Below are positions 50,689 through 61,500 of a stretch of 64,000 bases of DNA, one piece after another. The stretch spans positions 65,862 through 129,861 of the forward strand of contig JBAZOO010000005.1 in NCBI GenBank assembly GCA_041648735.1, written 5' to 3'. Positions within the stretch are counted from its first letter, which is position 1. Every line of letters begins with the position of its first letter. The notes under the pieces are model-generated. The model searched no databases. It saw nothing but the letters and a program-made list of their open reading frames with translations, and was not told the DNA's origin. The position numbers were made by a program, and so were the translations under genes. The DNA comes from Lentisphaeria bacterium. GTDB lineage: Bacteria; Verrucomicrobiota; Lentisphaeria; Oligosphaerales; CAITYL01.

Positions 50689-53025
50689 TCAGTTGGGGGT
50701 GTGGCGGGGGGGTAGCAGCGCTTCGGCGGCGGCGGCCTCCTGGCGGGTGGCGGCGCCGCGGACAAAGAGGGCTTGGACTTGGCGGGCGAGGTCATGGGTG
50801 ACGGCAAGGGTTTCGGGGGTGGCGCCGGCGCCGGCGGCCTGGCGCAAGGCGGCGGCGGCCTGGAGGAGATGCGCCGGCTGTCCGGCGTGGAGTTGCCCCA
50901 CCTCCTGGGCTTTGGCGCAGGCCTTTGCCAGTTGGCCGGCATCGCCGAGGATGAGGATGGCGAGGCGGTCATAGGCCGGGTCGTGCGGGGCGAGGGTGCT
51001 GGCTTGCTGGGCCGCCTCGAAGGCGGAGGCGAAGCGGCGCTGGCTGGCCAGGGCGGTGGCGAGGTTGCCCCAGGCGGCGGCGTTGCCCGGCTTGAGGTCA
51101 AGGGCGGTGCGGAAGCAGCGTTCGGCTTCGGTGGCGTCGCCGGCGCGGAGCCAGGCGGCGCCGAGGTTCTGGTGGAGTTCGGCGCGGGCGGGCTGCTGGC
51201 GGATGGCGGCTTCGTAGATGGCGATTGCCGGGGGCAGGCGGCCTTGCTGGGCGAGCAGGGTGGCGTAGTTTGCCATGGCGTCAACATGGTTGGGGCGGAG
51301 GCGGAGGGCGGCCTGGTAGGAGGCTTCCGCCGCGGCCAGTTGCCCTTGGCGGAACTGGAGGTTGCCCAGGTTGAAGTGGGCGTCCGCCGAGCGGGGGGCG
51401 AGCCGGATGGTTTCGCGGTAGTGGGCCTGCGCCTCCGCCAGGCGGCCGACGGCTTCCAGGGCGACGCCCAGGTTGCAGTGGGCGCTGTCGGAGGCGGGAT
51501 TGAGTTTCGCCGCCTCCTCCAGCAGCAGGATGGCATCAATCAGCCGGCCTTGGATGCGCAGCGCCTCGGCGATCTGGATGTTGGCCTTTTCCGCCAGCTC
51601 GCCGCGGCCGCGGGCGACGGGGCGGAGGATGCCCATGACTTCATCGGCCACCCGGGCTTCGGGCGCGTCGGGGGCGAGCGGCCCCGCCGTGGCGTCGCTG
51701 CCCTGGGGTGGCAGGAGGGCGCTGGCGGCCGCGGCCTTCAGCGGGTTGAGGATGGCGGCGCCGAGGTTGACGCGGGCCTCGTGGGAGGCGGGATTGAGGC
51801 GGACGGCCTCGCGCCAGAGGCGTTCCTGGCTGCCGTGGAGCCAGGCCTGGTTCACGGTGAGGATGGCCAGCGGCAGGGCGACGAGGAGGCCGGGGAGGGG
51901 CTTGGGGATGGCGGAGTGCAGTTCCATCGGCTTGGGGTGGGTCAGCGGTTCCAGGGCGGCGGCCACGGCGGCGGCGGCCACCGGCACCGCCAGGTATTGC
52001 AGGTGGTCCGAGGCCCAGGCGATGGACTGGTAGGCCATGCCGAAGAAGCCGAGCACGGGGAAGAGCAGCCCGGCGTGCAGGGCCAGGATGACGAACAGGT
52101 TGCGGCAGAAGGGCGAGCGGTTGCGCTGCCACCAGGCGGCGGCGAGCAGGGCGGCGAAGGCGAGCCCCGGCAGCCAGGCCACTAGGGAGGCCGAGTTGAT
52201 TTCCCAGCGGGGGTAGACCATGGCGAGGCGCAGCGGCACCAGCAGCTTGCCGAGGTAGAACCATTCGGCCCAGCCGGCGGCCGCCAGGCGGGTGGCGAAG
52301 GGCGCGGCGGCCTTGCCGCCCATGGCCTGGTGAGTCTGGAACCAGATGGTGGCCAGCCCCAGGGCGGCGGCCAGGGCGAAGAACGGCAGGAGCCGGCGCA
52401 CCCAGCCCCAGTCCCAGCGGCGTTCGCGCCACCAGAGGAGGAGGAGGATGGCGGGAGGGATGGTGACCACGGAGGTCTTGGCCAGGAGCGCGGCGAGGAA
52501 GCAGCCGAGGGCGAGCCACCAGTCGCGGGCCCGCCGTTCCGTTTCGTGGCGCAGGAAGCAGAGGACGGCGAGGATGGCCAGGAGCTGGGCGAGGGTGTTC
52601 TTGCGTTCGCTGATCCAGGCGACGGAGGCGGCGCAGACGGGATGCACGGCGTAGAGCAGCGCGCCCAGCCAGGCCCAGGGCAGCTTCAGCCGCAGCAGCA
52701 GCCGCCAGAGCGCCACGGCGGAGAGGGCGTGGAGGAGGAGGTTGACGGCCCGGTAGCCGGGGGCGAAGTCGCCCCAGAGCTGCCATTCGAGCCAGAAGGA
52801 GGTGAGGGTGAGGGGGAAGTAGTCGGGCACCCCGCGGCCGAGCCAGAGGTTGGCGAGGCCGCCGAGGGAGCGCAGGTGGGGGTTGTCCGTGACCAGCAGC
52901 GCGTCGTCCCAACTGAAGCCGCCGCCGAGGGAGGGGAGGTAGGCCACGAGGGCGGCGAGGAGCAGGATTTCGCCGTGGAACAGGGTGCGGCGCAGCGCTT
53001 GGTAGGGGGGTGGTTTCTGGTTCAT
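50689..53025 (-). CDS. TMTC-like polytopic membrane protein with C-terminal TPR repeats (putative protein O-mannosyl/glycosyltransferase-like)
   Basis: N-terminal FSWDDALLVTDNP motif and about 10 hydrophobic segments. C-terminal TPR repeats include AHCNLGVAL, AHFNLGNLQFRQG and NYATLLAQQG. Confidence 0.65.
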   Translation of the reverse strand: MNQKPPPYQALRRTLFHGEILLLAALVAYLPSLGGGFSWDDALLVTDNPHLRSLGGLANLWLGRGVPDYFPLTLTSFWLEWQLWGDFAPGYRAVNLLLHALSAVALWRLLLRLKLPWAWLGALLYAVHPVCAASVAWISERKNTLAQLLAILAVLCFLRHETERRARDWWLALGCFLAALLAKTSVVTIPPAILLLLWWRERRWDWGWVRRLLPFFALAAALGLATIWFQTHQAMGGKAAAPFATRLAAAGWAEWFYLGKLLVPLRLAMVYPRWEINSASLVAWLPGLAFAALLAAAWWQRNRSPFCRNLFVILALHAGLLFPVLGFFGMAYQSIAWASDHLQYLAVPVAAAAVAAALEPLTHPKPMELHSAIPKPLPGLLVALPLAILTVNQAWLHGSQERLWREAVRLNPASHEARVNLGAAILNPLKAAAASALLPPQGSDATAGPLAPDAPEARVADEVMGILRPVARGRGELAEKANIQIAEALRIQGRLIDAILLLEEAAKLNPASDSAHCNLGVALEAVGRLAEAQAHYRETIRLAPRSADAHFNLGNLQFRQGQLAAAEASYQAALRLRPNHVDAMANYATLLAQQGRLPPAIAIYEAAIRQQPARAELHQNLGAAWLRAGDATEAERCFRTALDLKPGNAAAWGNLATALASQRRFASAFEAAQQASTLAPHDPAYDRLAILILGDAGQLAKACAKAQEVGQLHAGQPAHLLQAAAALRQAAGAGATPETLAVTHDLARQVQALFVRGAATRQEAAAAEALLPPRHTPN

Positions 53026-53232
53026 GGGCAGGTCGCGGGCGAACGGCGGACGGAGAGGTGCCCCCTCCCAAGGAAAGTGGCAATATATCCACTATTCCCG
53101 CCGCGGCGAATGGGGGCCAACGGGCCGTTCCTACAAAGGGAGCCTTGAAGTGGGGGGACGTAGCCGCCCTGTCGGGAATGGCACCGAAACGGTGCCGCCC
53201 GTTTGGCGCTTGGCGCGCTACATTTTGCGCCC

Positions 53233-54858
53233 ATGCCGGACTTCGACTTCCTTTCCATTGACCAGAACTCGAACGTGCTGTGGGACACGCTGCCGAAGCT
53301 GGCCGCCCTGGCGCGGCAGGGCTGGCGTGGCCGGCATTGCGTCGAGGACATTGACGTCGCCTTCACCCGCCAGGGGGCCGCCGCCGGCGCCCCGGCGGCC
53401 TTGGAGCTGGCGCCCGAACGCTACTACCGCACCGGCAATTCGGACTGGGGCGCGGCCCTGTTCCACACCGCCTTCCTCGGCCGCAATCCCTTGAACCCGC
53501 GGGAGCTGGAGCCGCAGCTCGGGATGAGTGTCGCCGCGCTGGCCCGCAAGCTGGAACTGTCGCTGGACGAACTGTATGCGCGCTACGCCGGCTCGGACAA
53601 TTGGCAGCTCATCGGCTCCAGCTATCTCGGCGGCGGCGACCGGCACCGGGTCATCGGCGACCTGGGCACGGCGGAGTGCGCACCGTTCCTCCGCGAGCTG
53701 CTGGAGCGGGCCCGCCGGGACTGCGAGCAGGCGTTCCCCGAACCGGCGGCGCAGGCGCGGCTCCGGCAATGGTTTGAGGCCGAGGCTGCCGCCTTGGAGG
53801 CGATGCTGGCGGAGTTTGCGGCCGCGCCCCTGGTCCGGCTGTACCAGGGCTGGCTCCGGCGCCATCTCCCGCCGGCGGTCGGACTGGCGCTGACCTCCGA
53901 CTTCTTCACGCTGGACCGGACGGAGCCCCGGGAGCGGCTGCTGGGGCGGTGCATCCTGGACTACGCCGACTGGGCCGCCGCCTACAACGAGGCCGTGGCG
54001 GGCACCGCCTGCGGCTTGAAGCCGCTTGATGCGGCGGCGGGCGAGCTGCCGTTCTTCGCCGTCTGGCGCGACGAAGCCGGCCGCCTCTACCGCACGGGGC
54101 TGCGCCTGGAACAGGGGCGGCTCGTGGCCGGCGAGCGCACATGGGCGGTGGGTGCGGACGGGATGCCGCCGCTGGACGCCATGCGCCAGGCCGGCCTGGT
54201 CTGCCTCGCCGGCAAGGCGCTGCTGCTGGTGCTCCAGGCGCGGCTGCAACCTGGCGGCGGCGCCCTCGCGCTGCCGCACCTGGGCTCGCTTTACATGCCC
54301 GCGGCCCGGCGGCTGGAGGCGAACCTGCGCGCCGCCGGCTTGCTGGAGTGGCCGCTCTTCCCGCTGCTGCGGGTGCGGTTCCGCTTCTTCGACCGCTGGC
54401 TGGGCTGCGCCACCCGGATCCGGCTGCCGGATTGGCTGCATGGGGGTGGCTTTTCCGCGGCGGAACTGGCCGCCGGGGAGTTTGCGCGGGAGCTGCCGGA
54501 CGTCCTCGACCGGGCGGAGCGGGAGCTGGCCGCTTTGCGGAGTCCGCAGGGACGCGAGGCGTGCTTGGGCCGGCTACGGCCCGCGGAGTCCGCAACCCTG
54601 GCGGAACTGGAGGCGCGGCGGCGCGAGCTGGCGCGGGAACCGGCGACCCGGGCGGCGGCGGGGCGGGTCTGGGACGAGGTCAAGGCGCTGGAGCGGCAGC
54701 GGCTCCAGGCGTTGTTCGAGCACGCTTGGCAGCTCCGCCACACCTTGAACCTGCGCTACTGGGATTCCCGCGGCGCACTGCTGCCGTTCAGCATCGCCCT
54801 GGGCGGCGAGGCGTTCTACGAATCGGTGCTGGCCCAGGCGGAGATCGCCGAGGAGTGA
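53233..54858 (+). CDS. hypothetical protein (about 541 aa), no family recognised
   Basis: Internal ATG (MPDFDFLSIDQ) of ORF 53203..54858. Balanced protein-like composition with W/F/Y/D. The opposite-strand ORF looks like a shadow. Confidence 0.5.
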   Translation: MPDFDFLSIDQNSNVLWDTLPKLAALARQGWRGRHCVEDIDVAFTRQGAAAGAPAALELAPERYYRTGNSDWGAALFHTAFLGRNPLNPRELEPQLGMSVAALARKLELSLDELYARYAGSDNWQLIGSSYLGGGDRHRVIGDLGTAECAPFLRELLERARRDCEQAFPEPAAQARLRQWFEAEAAALEAMLAEFAAAPLVRLYQGWLRRHLPPAVGLALTSDFFTLDRTEPRERLLGRCILDYADWAAAYNEAVAGTACGLKPLDAAAGELPFFAVWRDEAGRLYRTGLRLEQGRLVAGERTWAVGADGMPPLDAMRQAGLVCLAGKALLLVLQARLQPGGGALALPHLGSLYMPAARRLEANLRAAGLLEWPLFPLLRVRFRFFDRWLGCATRIRLPDWLHGGGFSAAELAAGEFARELPDVLDRAERELAALRSPQGREACLGRLRPAESATLAELEARRRELAREPATRAAAGRVWDEVKALERQRLQALFEHAWQLRHTLNLRYWDSRGALLPFSIALGGEAFYESVLAQAEIAEE

Positions 54859-54900
54859 GGGAGTGGGGAGTGCGCTTTTCCCCAAACGGATTGGCGGGGC

Positions 54901-55428
54901 TCAGGGCTGCTGGACCGGCGGCGCCGGCGGCGGTGGCGCCAGGTGGCGCTCCACGGGGGCAGTGGTGTGGCAGCGGCTGACGCGGAAAGTGAAGAAAAGG
55001 CCAACCACGGCCACCAGGAGCAGCAGCAGGCCGAGGAGCAGCGCCGCGGCCACGGCCAGCAGGCGCCCCATCGCCGGCGGCGCGCCCGCCGGGGCGGGCA
55101 TCACCAGGGCGAGGATGAGGTAGAGGATGATCCCCGGAAAGCCGGCGACCAGCAGCGTGGCGAGGGCGTAGCCGACGCGGACCAGGGTGGGATCCCAGCC
55201 GAGCCACTCGGCCAGGCCGCCGCAGACCCCGGCCAGCACGGGGGTGCGCGACTTCTCCAGCCGTCGCCTCGCCCCCGGCGGCGGCAGGACCGGCACCGCT
55301 TCCCCGGCGGCCCCAGCGCCTTCCGTTTCCCGGCGGCGGTTGGTTGCCAGCAGGGCCGCGCCGAGGGCGGCCAAGCCGCCGAGCAGGAGCCCGGCCACGA
55401 GCAGGAAGAGCAGGAAGAGAAGACTCAT
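54901..55428 (-). CDS. PspC domain-containing membrane protein
   Basis: LEKSRTPVLAGVCGGLAEWLGWDPTLVRVGYALATLLVAGFPGIILYLILALVMP is the PspC domain pattern. Additional TM helices at both ends. Confidence 0.7.
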   Translation of the reverse strand: MSLLFLLFLLVAGLLLGGLAALGAALLATNRRRETEGAGAAGEAVPVLPPPGARRRLEKSRTPVLAGVCGGLAEWLGWDPTLVRVGYALATLLVAGFPGIILYLILALVMPAPAGAPPAMGRLLAVAAALLLGLLLLLVAVVGLFFTFRVSRCHTTAPVERHLAPPPPAPPVQQP

Positions 55429-55461
55429 GGGGCACCTCAGGGGAGTTTCCGGGAAGCCGCC

Positions 55462-56361
55462 TCAGCTCACCGGCAGCTTCAGTGCCATCTGGCAGGCGCG
55501 CAGGGTGTTGCGCATCAGCATGGCGATTGTCATCGGGCCGACGCCGCCGGGGACGGGGGTGATCCAGGAGGCCTTGGCGGCGCATTCCGCGTAGGCGACG
55601 TCGCCGCAGAGGCGGCTGCCATTCTTCGCCTTGGGGTCGGCGACCCGGTTGATCCCCACGTCCACCACCACGGCACCCGGCTTGACCATGGCCGCCGTGA
55701 CGAACTCGGGCTTGCCGATGGCGGCGATGAGGATGTCGGCCTGGCGCGCGAACGCCGCGATGTCCGGCGTCCGCGAATGGCAGACGGTGACGGTGGCGTC
55801 CGCGCCCTTGGCCTTCTGCACCAGCAGCGCCATGAGCGGCTTGCCGACGATGTTGGAGCGGCCGAGGATGACGGCGTGCTTGCCGGCGGGGTTGATGCCG
55901 CTGCGGCGGAGGAGTTCCATGACGCCCCAGGGGGTGCAGGGGAGGAAGCCGTCCTGGTCGCCGATCAGCATCTTGCCGACGTTGACCGGGTGGAAGCAGT
56001 CAACGTCCTTGGCGGGGTTGATGCCGAGGATGATCGCCCGTTCGTCAATCTGCTTGGGGGGCGGGGACTGGACGAGGATGCCGTGGATGCGCGGGTCGCG
56101 GTTCAGCCGCTCCACCACCGCCATGACCTCCTCCTGGGTGGCCGTGGCCGGCAGCTCGACCTTCGCGGAGTGGAAGCCGAGGTCGGCGGCCTTCCTTTCC
56201 TTGCTGTTGACGTAGACCCGCGAGGCGGGGTCGTCCCCGACCAGCACCACGGCGATGCCGGGGCGGGCGCCATGCTTCGCCAGCAGCTCGGCGGCGAGGT
56301 CGGCGGTTTCGGCGTTGACTTGGGCGGAAATGTTCTTCCCATCAATGATTTGGGCGGACAT
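55462..56361 (-). CDS. folD: bifunctional methylenetetrahydrofolate dehydrogenase/cyclohydrolase FolD
   Basis: 299 aa from the internal ATG of ORF 55462..56475. Motifs [48 protein letters not shown]. Confidence 0.9.
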   Translation of the reverse strand: MSAQIIDGKNISAQVNAETADLAAELLAKHGARPGIAVVLVGDDPASRVYVNSKERKAADLGFHSAKVELPATATQEEVMAVVERLNRDPRIHGILVQSPPPKQIDERAIILGINPAKDVDCFHPVNVGKMLIGDQDGFLPCTPWGVMELLRRSGINPAGKHAVILGRSNIVGKPLMALLVQKAKGADATVTVCHSRTPDIAAFARQADILIAAIGKPEFVTAAMVKPGAVVVDVGINRVADPKAKNGSRLCGDVAYAECAAKASWITPVPGGVGPMTIAMLMRNTLRACQMALKLPVS

Positions 56362-56736
56362 GGCGTGGGCGCTCCAGGAGGGCAGGTGGGCAGGGGGAAA
56401 ATTCGTATTATAACGCGGCTGGCGGCAAAAGCCCAGCTCTGACGAATTGCGGGTTTGCCCCGTTGACTTGACCACTTGTTATCAAGTTACAAATGCTACC
56501 CCTAGAAAGTGTTCGGGGGTGTAATCGTTGTCCGAAGGGACGCCAACCTCCCCGTCGGAAGGCTTCCCGGCGTCGCTCCGCTTCGCCCCATCCCGCCCCG
56601 GTTCCCAATGGCCGCCCAAACCGCCGCCCGATGGCCGCGCCTGTCCGAAACGCGCCGAAACCGCCGCGCGGCCCGGCGGCAGGCTACATTACGGGCTTGC
56701 GCCTTGCGGTTGCCGCCGCACCGCTCCACCCAACCT

Positions 56737-56794
56737 GAATTCCGATTTTCGAATGCCGATTTCCGAAGTGGAATGCGGGATTTGGAATTCGGGC
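56737..56794. repeat. AT-rich micro-repeat cluster GAAT(T/G)C(C/G)GATTT in the gltX leader
   Basis: Units start at 56737, 56751 and 56771, with a partial unit at 56785. The 16-mer CCGATTTTCGAATGCC also occurs (reverse complement) at 1484-1499. Confidence 0.6.
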
Positions 56795-56824
56795 TCAACC
56801 CAGCCATCCGCATCGGGATCCGCC

Positions 56825-58441
56825 ATGTCCGCCATCCGCCTCCGCTTTGCGCCCTCGCCCACCGGCCACGTCCACATCGGCAACATCCGGGCCGCCATCT
56901 TCAACTGGCTCTATGCCCGCCACTGCGGCGGCACCTTCCTTTTGCGCATCGAGGACACCGACCTGGAGCGCTCGACGCCGGCGGCGATCCACACCTTGCT
57001 TGACGTCATGGAGTGGCTGGGGCTGGGCTTCGACGAGCCGCCGCTGCACCAGACCTCGCAGCGGGAAAGGCATCTCGCCGCCGCGGCGGAGCTGGTCGCC
57101 AAGGGCCATGCCTACCGCCACGCCAAGGGGGGCGACGTCCCCGGCGCCGCCCCCGCCGGCGAAGCCGTCCTCTTCCGCATCCCCTGGGCGGCGGAGGAAG
57201 TGCCGGGGGTCGCCGTCGCCGGCCCCGCCGAACTGGAGGTTGATCCCGGTTCCGAGGTCGTCATCGACCAGGCCGGCATCCGCTTCGCCCAGCTTTCCAA
57301 CCGGGGCACGCCGATGCCCGTCCAGAAATGCCTGGCCGGCTTCCAGGATTTGGAAGTCATTGACGCCGCCGGCAGCGTCCTGCTGCGGCTCAACGAGATT
57401 GTCGCCGACGTCCTCGCCGGCCGCCGCCGGGAGACGCTCCGGGGCGCCGCCAAGTTCCGCTTCACCCGTCGCAGCGTCAGCTTCCGCGACCTGGTGAAGG
57501 GGGAGCTTTCCAAACCGCTCGACAGCCTCTCCGACTTCGTCATCGTCCGTTCCGACGGTTCGCCGGTGTTCCACCTCGGCAACGTGGTGGACGACATCAC
57601 CCAGAAGATCAGCCACATCGTCCGCGGCGACGACCATGTGGAGAACACCTACCGCCACATCTTCCTCTTCCACTGCCTCGGCGCCGCCGTGCCGGCCTAC
57701 GCCCATCTGCCGATGATCGTCAACGCCCAGGGCAAGCCCTACAGCAAGCGTGACGGCGACGCCTATGTGGGGGATTTCCGCACCAAGGGGTTCCTGCCCC
57801 AGGCGCTGTTCAACTACCTGGCGCTCCTCGGCTGGTCCCCCGGCGACGACCGCGAGAAGATGAGCCGCGACGAGCTGGTCGCCGCCTTCACCCTCGACCG
57901 CGTCCGCGCCGCCGCCTCGCAAATGGACCTGCGCAAGCTCACCGACCTCAATGGCCAGTACATCGCCGAACTGCCCGCCGCGGAGTTCCGGGCCGCCGCC
58001 CGCGACTGGGCCGGGCGCCAGGAGTGGTGGCGCGCCGGGATTGACGAGGAAACCTTCGCCAAGGTCTGCGCCCTGATGCAGATCCGGACCAAGACCTTTG
58101 CCGACATCGCCGGCTGGGGGTTCTGGTTCAAGGAAACGCCGGACTATGACGAGAAGGGCTGCGCCAAGCAGTTCAAGGAGCCGGCGGTCAGGCAGGCGCT
58201 GGAGATGCTGGCCGGCGAGCTGGCGGCCCTGCCGCCGCCGGAGTTCACGGCCGCGAACGTCGAGGCGACGGTCCACGGAGTCACCGCCGCCTGCGGCATT
58301 CTCCAGGGCAAGCTCAACCAGCCGCTGCGCCTGGCCGTCACCGGCACCACCATCGGGGCCGGCATCTACGAGACGCTGGAGCTGCTGGGGCGGGAACGCA
58401 CCCTGCGGCGGCTGGAAGCGGCGCGCCGCTTCTTCGCCTGA
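56825..58441 (+). CDS. gltX: glutamate--tRNA ligase GltX
   Basis: Start is the internal ATG of ORF 56528..58441. RFAPSPTGHVHIGNIR (HIGH motif), LLRIEDTD, and a KMSKR-equivalent region GKPYSKRDG. Confidence 0.9.
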   Translation: MSAIRLRFAPSPTGHVHIGNIRAAIFNWLYARHCGGTFLLRIEDTDLERSTPAAIHTLLDVMEWLGLGFDEPPLHQTSQRERHLAAAAELVAKGHAYRHAKGGDVPGAAPAGEAVLFRIPWAAEEVPGVAVAGPAELEVDPGSEVVIDQAGIRFAQLSNRGTPMPVQKCLAGFQDLEVIDAAGSVLLRLNEIVADVLAGRRRETLRGAAKFRFTRRSVSFRDLVKGELSKPLDSLSDFVIVRSDGSPVFHLGNVVDDITQKISHIVRGDDHVENTYRHIFLFHCLGAAVPAYAHLPMIVNAQGKPYSKRDGDAYVGDFRTKGFLPQALFNYLALLGWSPGDDREKMSRDELVAAFTLDRVRAAASQMDLRKLTDLNGQYIAELPAAEFRAAARDWAGRQEWWRAGIDEETFAKVCALMQIRTKTFADIAGWGFWFKETPDYDEKGCAKQFKEPAVRQALEMLAGELAALPPPEFTAANVEATVHGVTAACGILQGKLNQPLRLAVTGTTIGAGIYETLELLGRERTLRRLEAARRFFA

Positions 58442-58450
58442 CATTGTCGT

Positions 58451-58496
58451 CGCCGCCCGCGCCGCCGGCTCTGGTTCCGGCGGCGGGCGGGCGGCG
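58451..58496. terminator. GC-rich hairpin between convergent gltX and the glycogen-enzyme gene (possible bidirectional terminator)
   Basis: CGCCGCCCGCGCCGCCGG-CTCTGGTT-CCGGCGGCGGGCGGGCGGCG: arms of about 18 bp with one bulge. No clear U-tract. Confidence 0.35.
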
Positions 58497-58504
58497 GTGG
58501 ATGC

Positions 58505-61500
58505 TCAGGCCCAGATGACCAGGCCGGCTTCCGCCGGGTGCCCCAGGGCGGCGTGGCGGGGCATGACGCGGACGCCGTAGGCGTACTGCCCCTTGTCCGG
58601 CACGGTGTATTCGGCGCGGAAGGCGACGATCGGTCCTTCCGGCTTGCCGGTCGGCTGCATCGGGGTGAAGGCCGGGTTGCGGATCTGCTGCTTGGCGTCG
58701 CCGCGGCCGACCACGAGGTCAACGCTGAGTTCCTCGGGCTTGAACTCCCCGCAATCGATGTGGACGGTGGCGGTGAACGGCTTGCCGACCGGCATGGCGC
58801 CGTTGACCAGGGCGTCGGCGGAGATGTCCTGGATGCGCAGGGAGGAGAAGCGGCTGGCGGCGCGGTGCTTCCAGGCCGCGAGTTCGCGGGCGAGCTTGCC
58901 GTTCTCCCGGCGGAAGAGGGCGTGGCGGTCGGCGCAGGGCTTGTACATCTGGGTGAAGTAGTCGAGGAGCATCCGGTGGGTGTTGAAGCGCGGCACATTG
59001 GTCTCGAAGGAGGCGCGGAGGATTTCGAGCCAGCCCTCCGGGATGCCCTTGCTGTTGCGCTGGTAGAAGAGTGGGATGACGGTATCCTCGAGCAGGGCGT
59101 AGAGGTGGTTGGCGTCCTGGAGGTCGTTGGAGATGGTGTCCTCGTCCACTTCGGCCGGGTCGGGGCCGATGGTCCAGCCGTTGTCGCCGGTGGCGCCTTC
59201 GTACCACCAGCCGTCGGCGACACTGAGGTTGATGCCGCCGTTGACCGGCACCTTCTGGCCGGAGGTGCCGCTGGCCTCGTAGGGGCGGCGGGGGGTGTTG
59301 AGCCAGACGTCAACCCCCTGGACGAGCTTCTTGGCGGTGGCGAGGTCGTAGTTCTCGAGGAAGACGACGCGCCCCGCGAAGCGCTTGTCGCGGGCGACGG
59401 TCACCACCTGCTTGACCAGTTCGTGGCCGAGGGTGTCCTTGGGGTGCGCCTTGCCGGCGAAGATGAACTGGACGGGGCGGCGCTGGTTCTCGACGATGCG
59501 GCGGAGCCGTTCCAGGTCCTGGAAGAGGAGGTAGGCGCGCTTGTAGGGGGCGAAGCGGCGGGCGAAGCCGATGGTCAGGGTGGAGCCGCGGAGGCGGCTG
59601 AGGACGTCGTCGCGCTCCATTTCCGGCGGGGCGATGGTGCTCCAATGCTCGGCGACATAGTCGCGCACGCTGGTGATCAGGTCCTGGCGCAGCCCGCAGC
59701 GGACCTCCCAGAGGTTCTGGTCGGGGATCTGGCGGATTTTCTTCCACGGCGCCTCGGCGAGCAGGTCGTCGGTCCAGTCCACGTCGAGATAGGTTTCGAG
59801 GAGGGCGTGCATTTCCGGGGCGACGTAGGAGGGGATGTGGACGCCGTTGGTGACGTGGCCGATGGGCACCATGGAGCGGTGGAGGCCGTTCCAGACCCGT
59901 TCCCACATTTTGCGGGACATCCGGCCGTGCAGCTCGCTGACGCCGTTGGCGAAGGTGCTGAGCTTGAGGGCGAGGATGGTCATGATGAAGGGCTGCTGTT
60001 CGCCGCCGTCGAGGCGGCCGAGTTCGAAGAGCCGTTCCGGGCTGATCCCGATCTCCTTGATGTAGCTCTGGAAATAGTGGCTCATCAGGTCGCGGGAGAA
60101 GCGTTCGTTGCCGGCCTCCACCGGGGTGTGGGTGGTGAAGATCGTCTGGCTGCGGACGTACTCCTTGGCCTCGTCGAAGGACATGCCGCGCTTCTGCATG
60201 GCGGTGCGGATGTTCTCGAAGAGGAGGAAGGCGGAGTGCCCCTCGTTGAGGTGGTAGATCGTCGGCTTGGCGCCGAGCAGGCGGAGCAGGCGGATGCCGC
60301 CAATTCCGAGGAGGATCTCCTGCTCGATCCGGGTGCGTTCGTCCCCGACGTAGAGCATGTCGGTGATGTGCTGGTCCTGGGGGGTGTTGTGGGTGACGTT
60401 GCTGTCCAGCAGGTAGAGGCTGGTCCGGCCGACGGCGACCTTCCAGACGTTGGCGTGGAGGGTGCGGCCGGGCAGTTCGACCGTGAGGAGGACGGGGACG
60501 CCGTTCTCGTCGCGGAGCTGGCGCAGCGGCAGGTCGGTGTAGAGGTTCTCCACGTAGTCGGCGATCTGGCCGCCGTCGGCGGCGATGCGCTGGGCGAAAT
60601 AGCCTTTCTTGTAGAAGAGCCCCACGGCGACCAGCGGGATGTTGAGGTCGCTGGTGGATTTCAGGTGGTCGCCGGAGAGGATGCCGAGGCCGCCGGAATA
60701 GATTGGCAGCGACTCGTGGAGGCCGAACTCCATGGAGAAGTAGGCGATGGGGTGGCGGGGGGTGATGTTGTTGCAGCCCGGCAGCTTCGGGTGCGGCTTG
60801 CCTTCCTGCATGTAGGCGTCGAAGGCGGCCAGCACCGTGCCGTAGGTGCGCAGGTAGCTGTCGTTTTCCGCCAGCTCCCGCAGCCGGCTGTTCGCCACCT
60901 GGTCGAGGATGCGGACCGGGTTGTGGTGGGTCGCCTCCCATAGGGCCGGGTCAATGCGCGAGAAGAGCTCGACCGCCTCGGGCTGCCAGCACCACCAGAG
61001 GTTGAAGGCCAGTTCGCGGAGGCGGCGGAGGGGCGGGGGGAGTTCGCTCTCGACGTTGAAGGTGCGGAAATGCGGCTGCAAGGTGCCGGCGGCCCGTTCC
61101 GCCAGGCCGGTGACGAGGCGGAGCCGTTCGCTGGCGAGGCGCTGGCTGGCGGTGGCCTGGGCCTTGTCGTAGGTGGCGGTGTAATGCTTGTAGAAGTCGG
61201 CCCAGTCGGCATGTTCGGCGATCCGGCGGGCGGCGGAGCGCTCCGTTGCCAACTCGGCCTCGCTCCAGTCCATGGCGGCGCGGAGCCGCTTGGCGAGGTC
61301 CTCGGCCACCGCCGCTGGCGCCACGCCGCTGCGGTCCTGCACCTGGACGCCCGGATGGCCGTCGGTGGCGATGCCGGCCTGCTGGAGGCGGCGGACCCAG
61401 AGGCCGTAGCCGGCCAGGTCGGTGGTGAAGGTCGGCACGGCGAAGGCCGAGCTTTCCAGCGGCGTGTACCCCCACGGCTCATACTTGGAGGGGAAGACGC

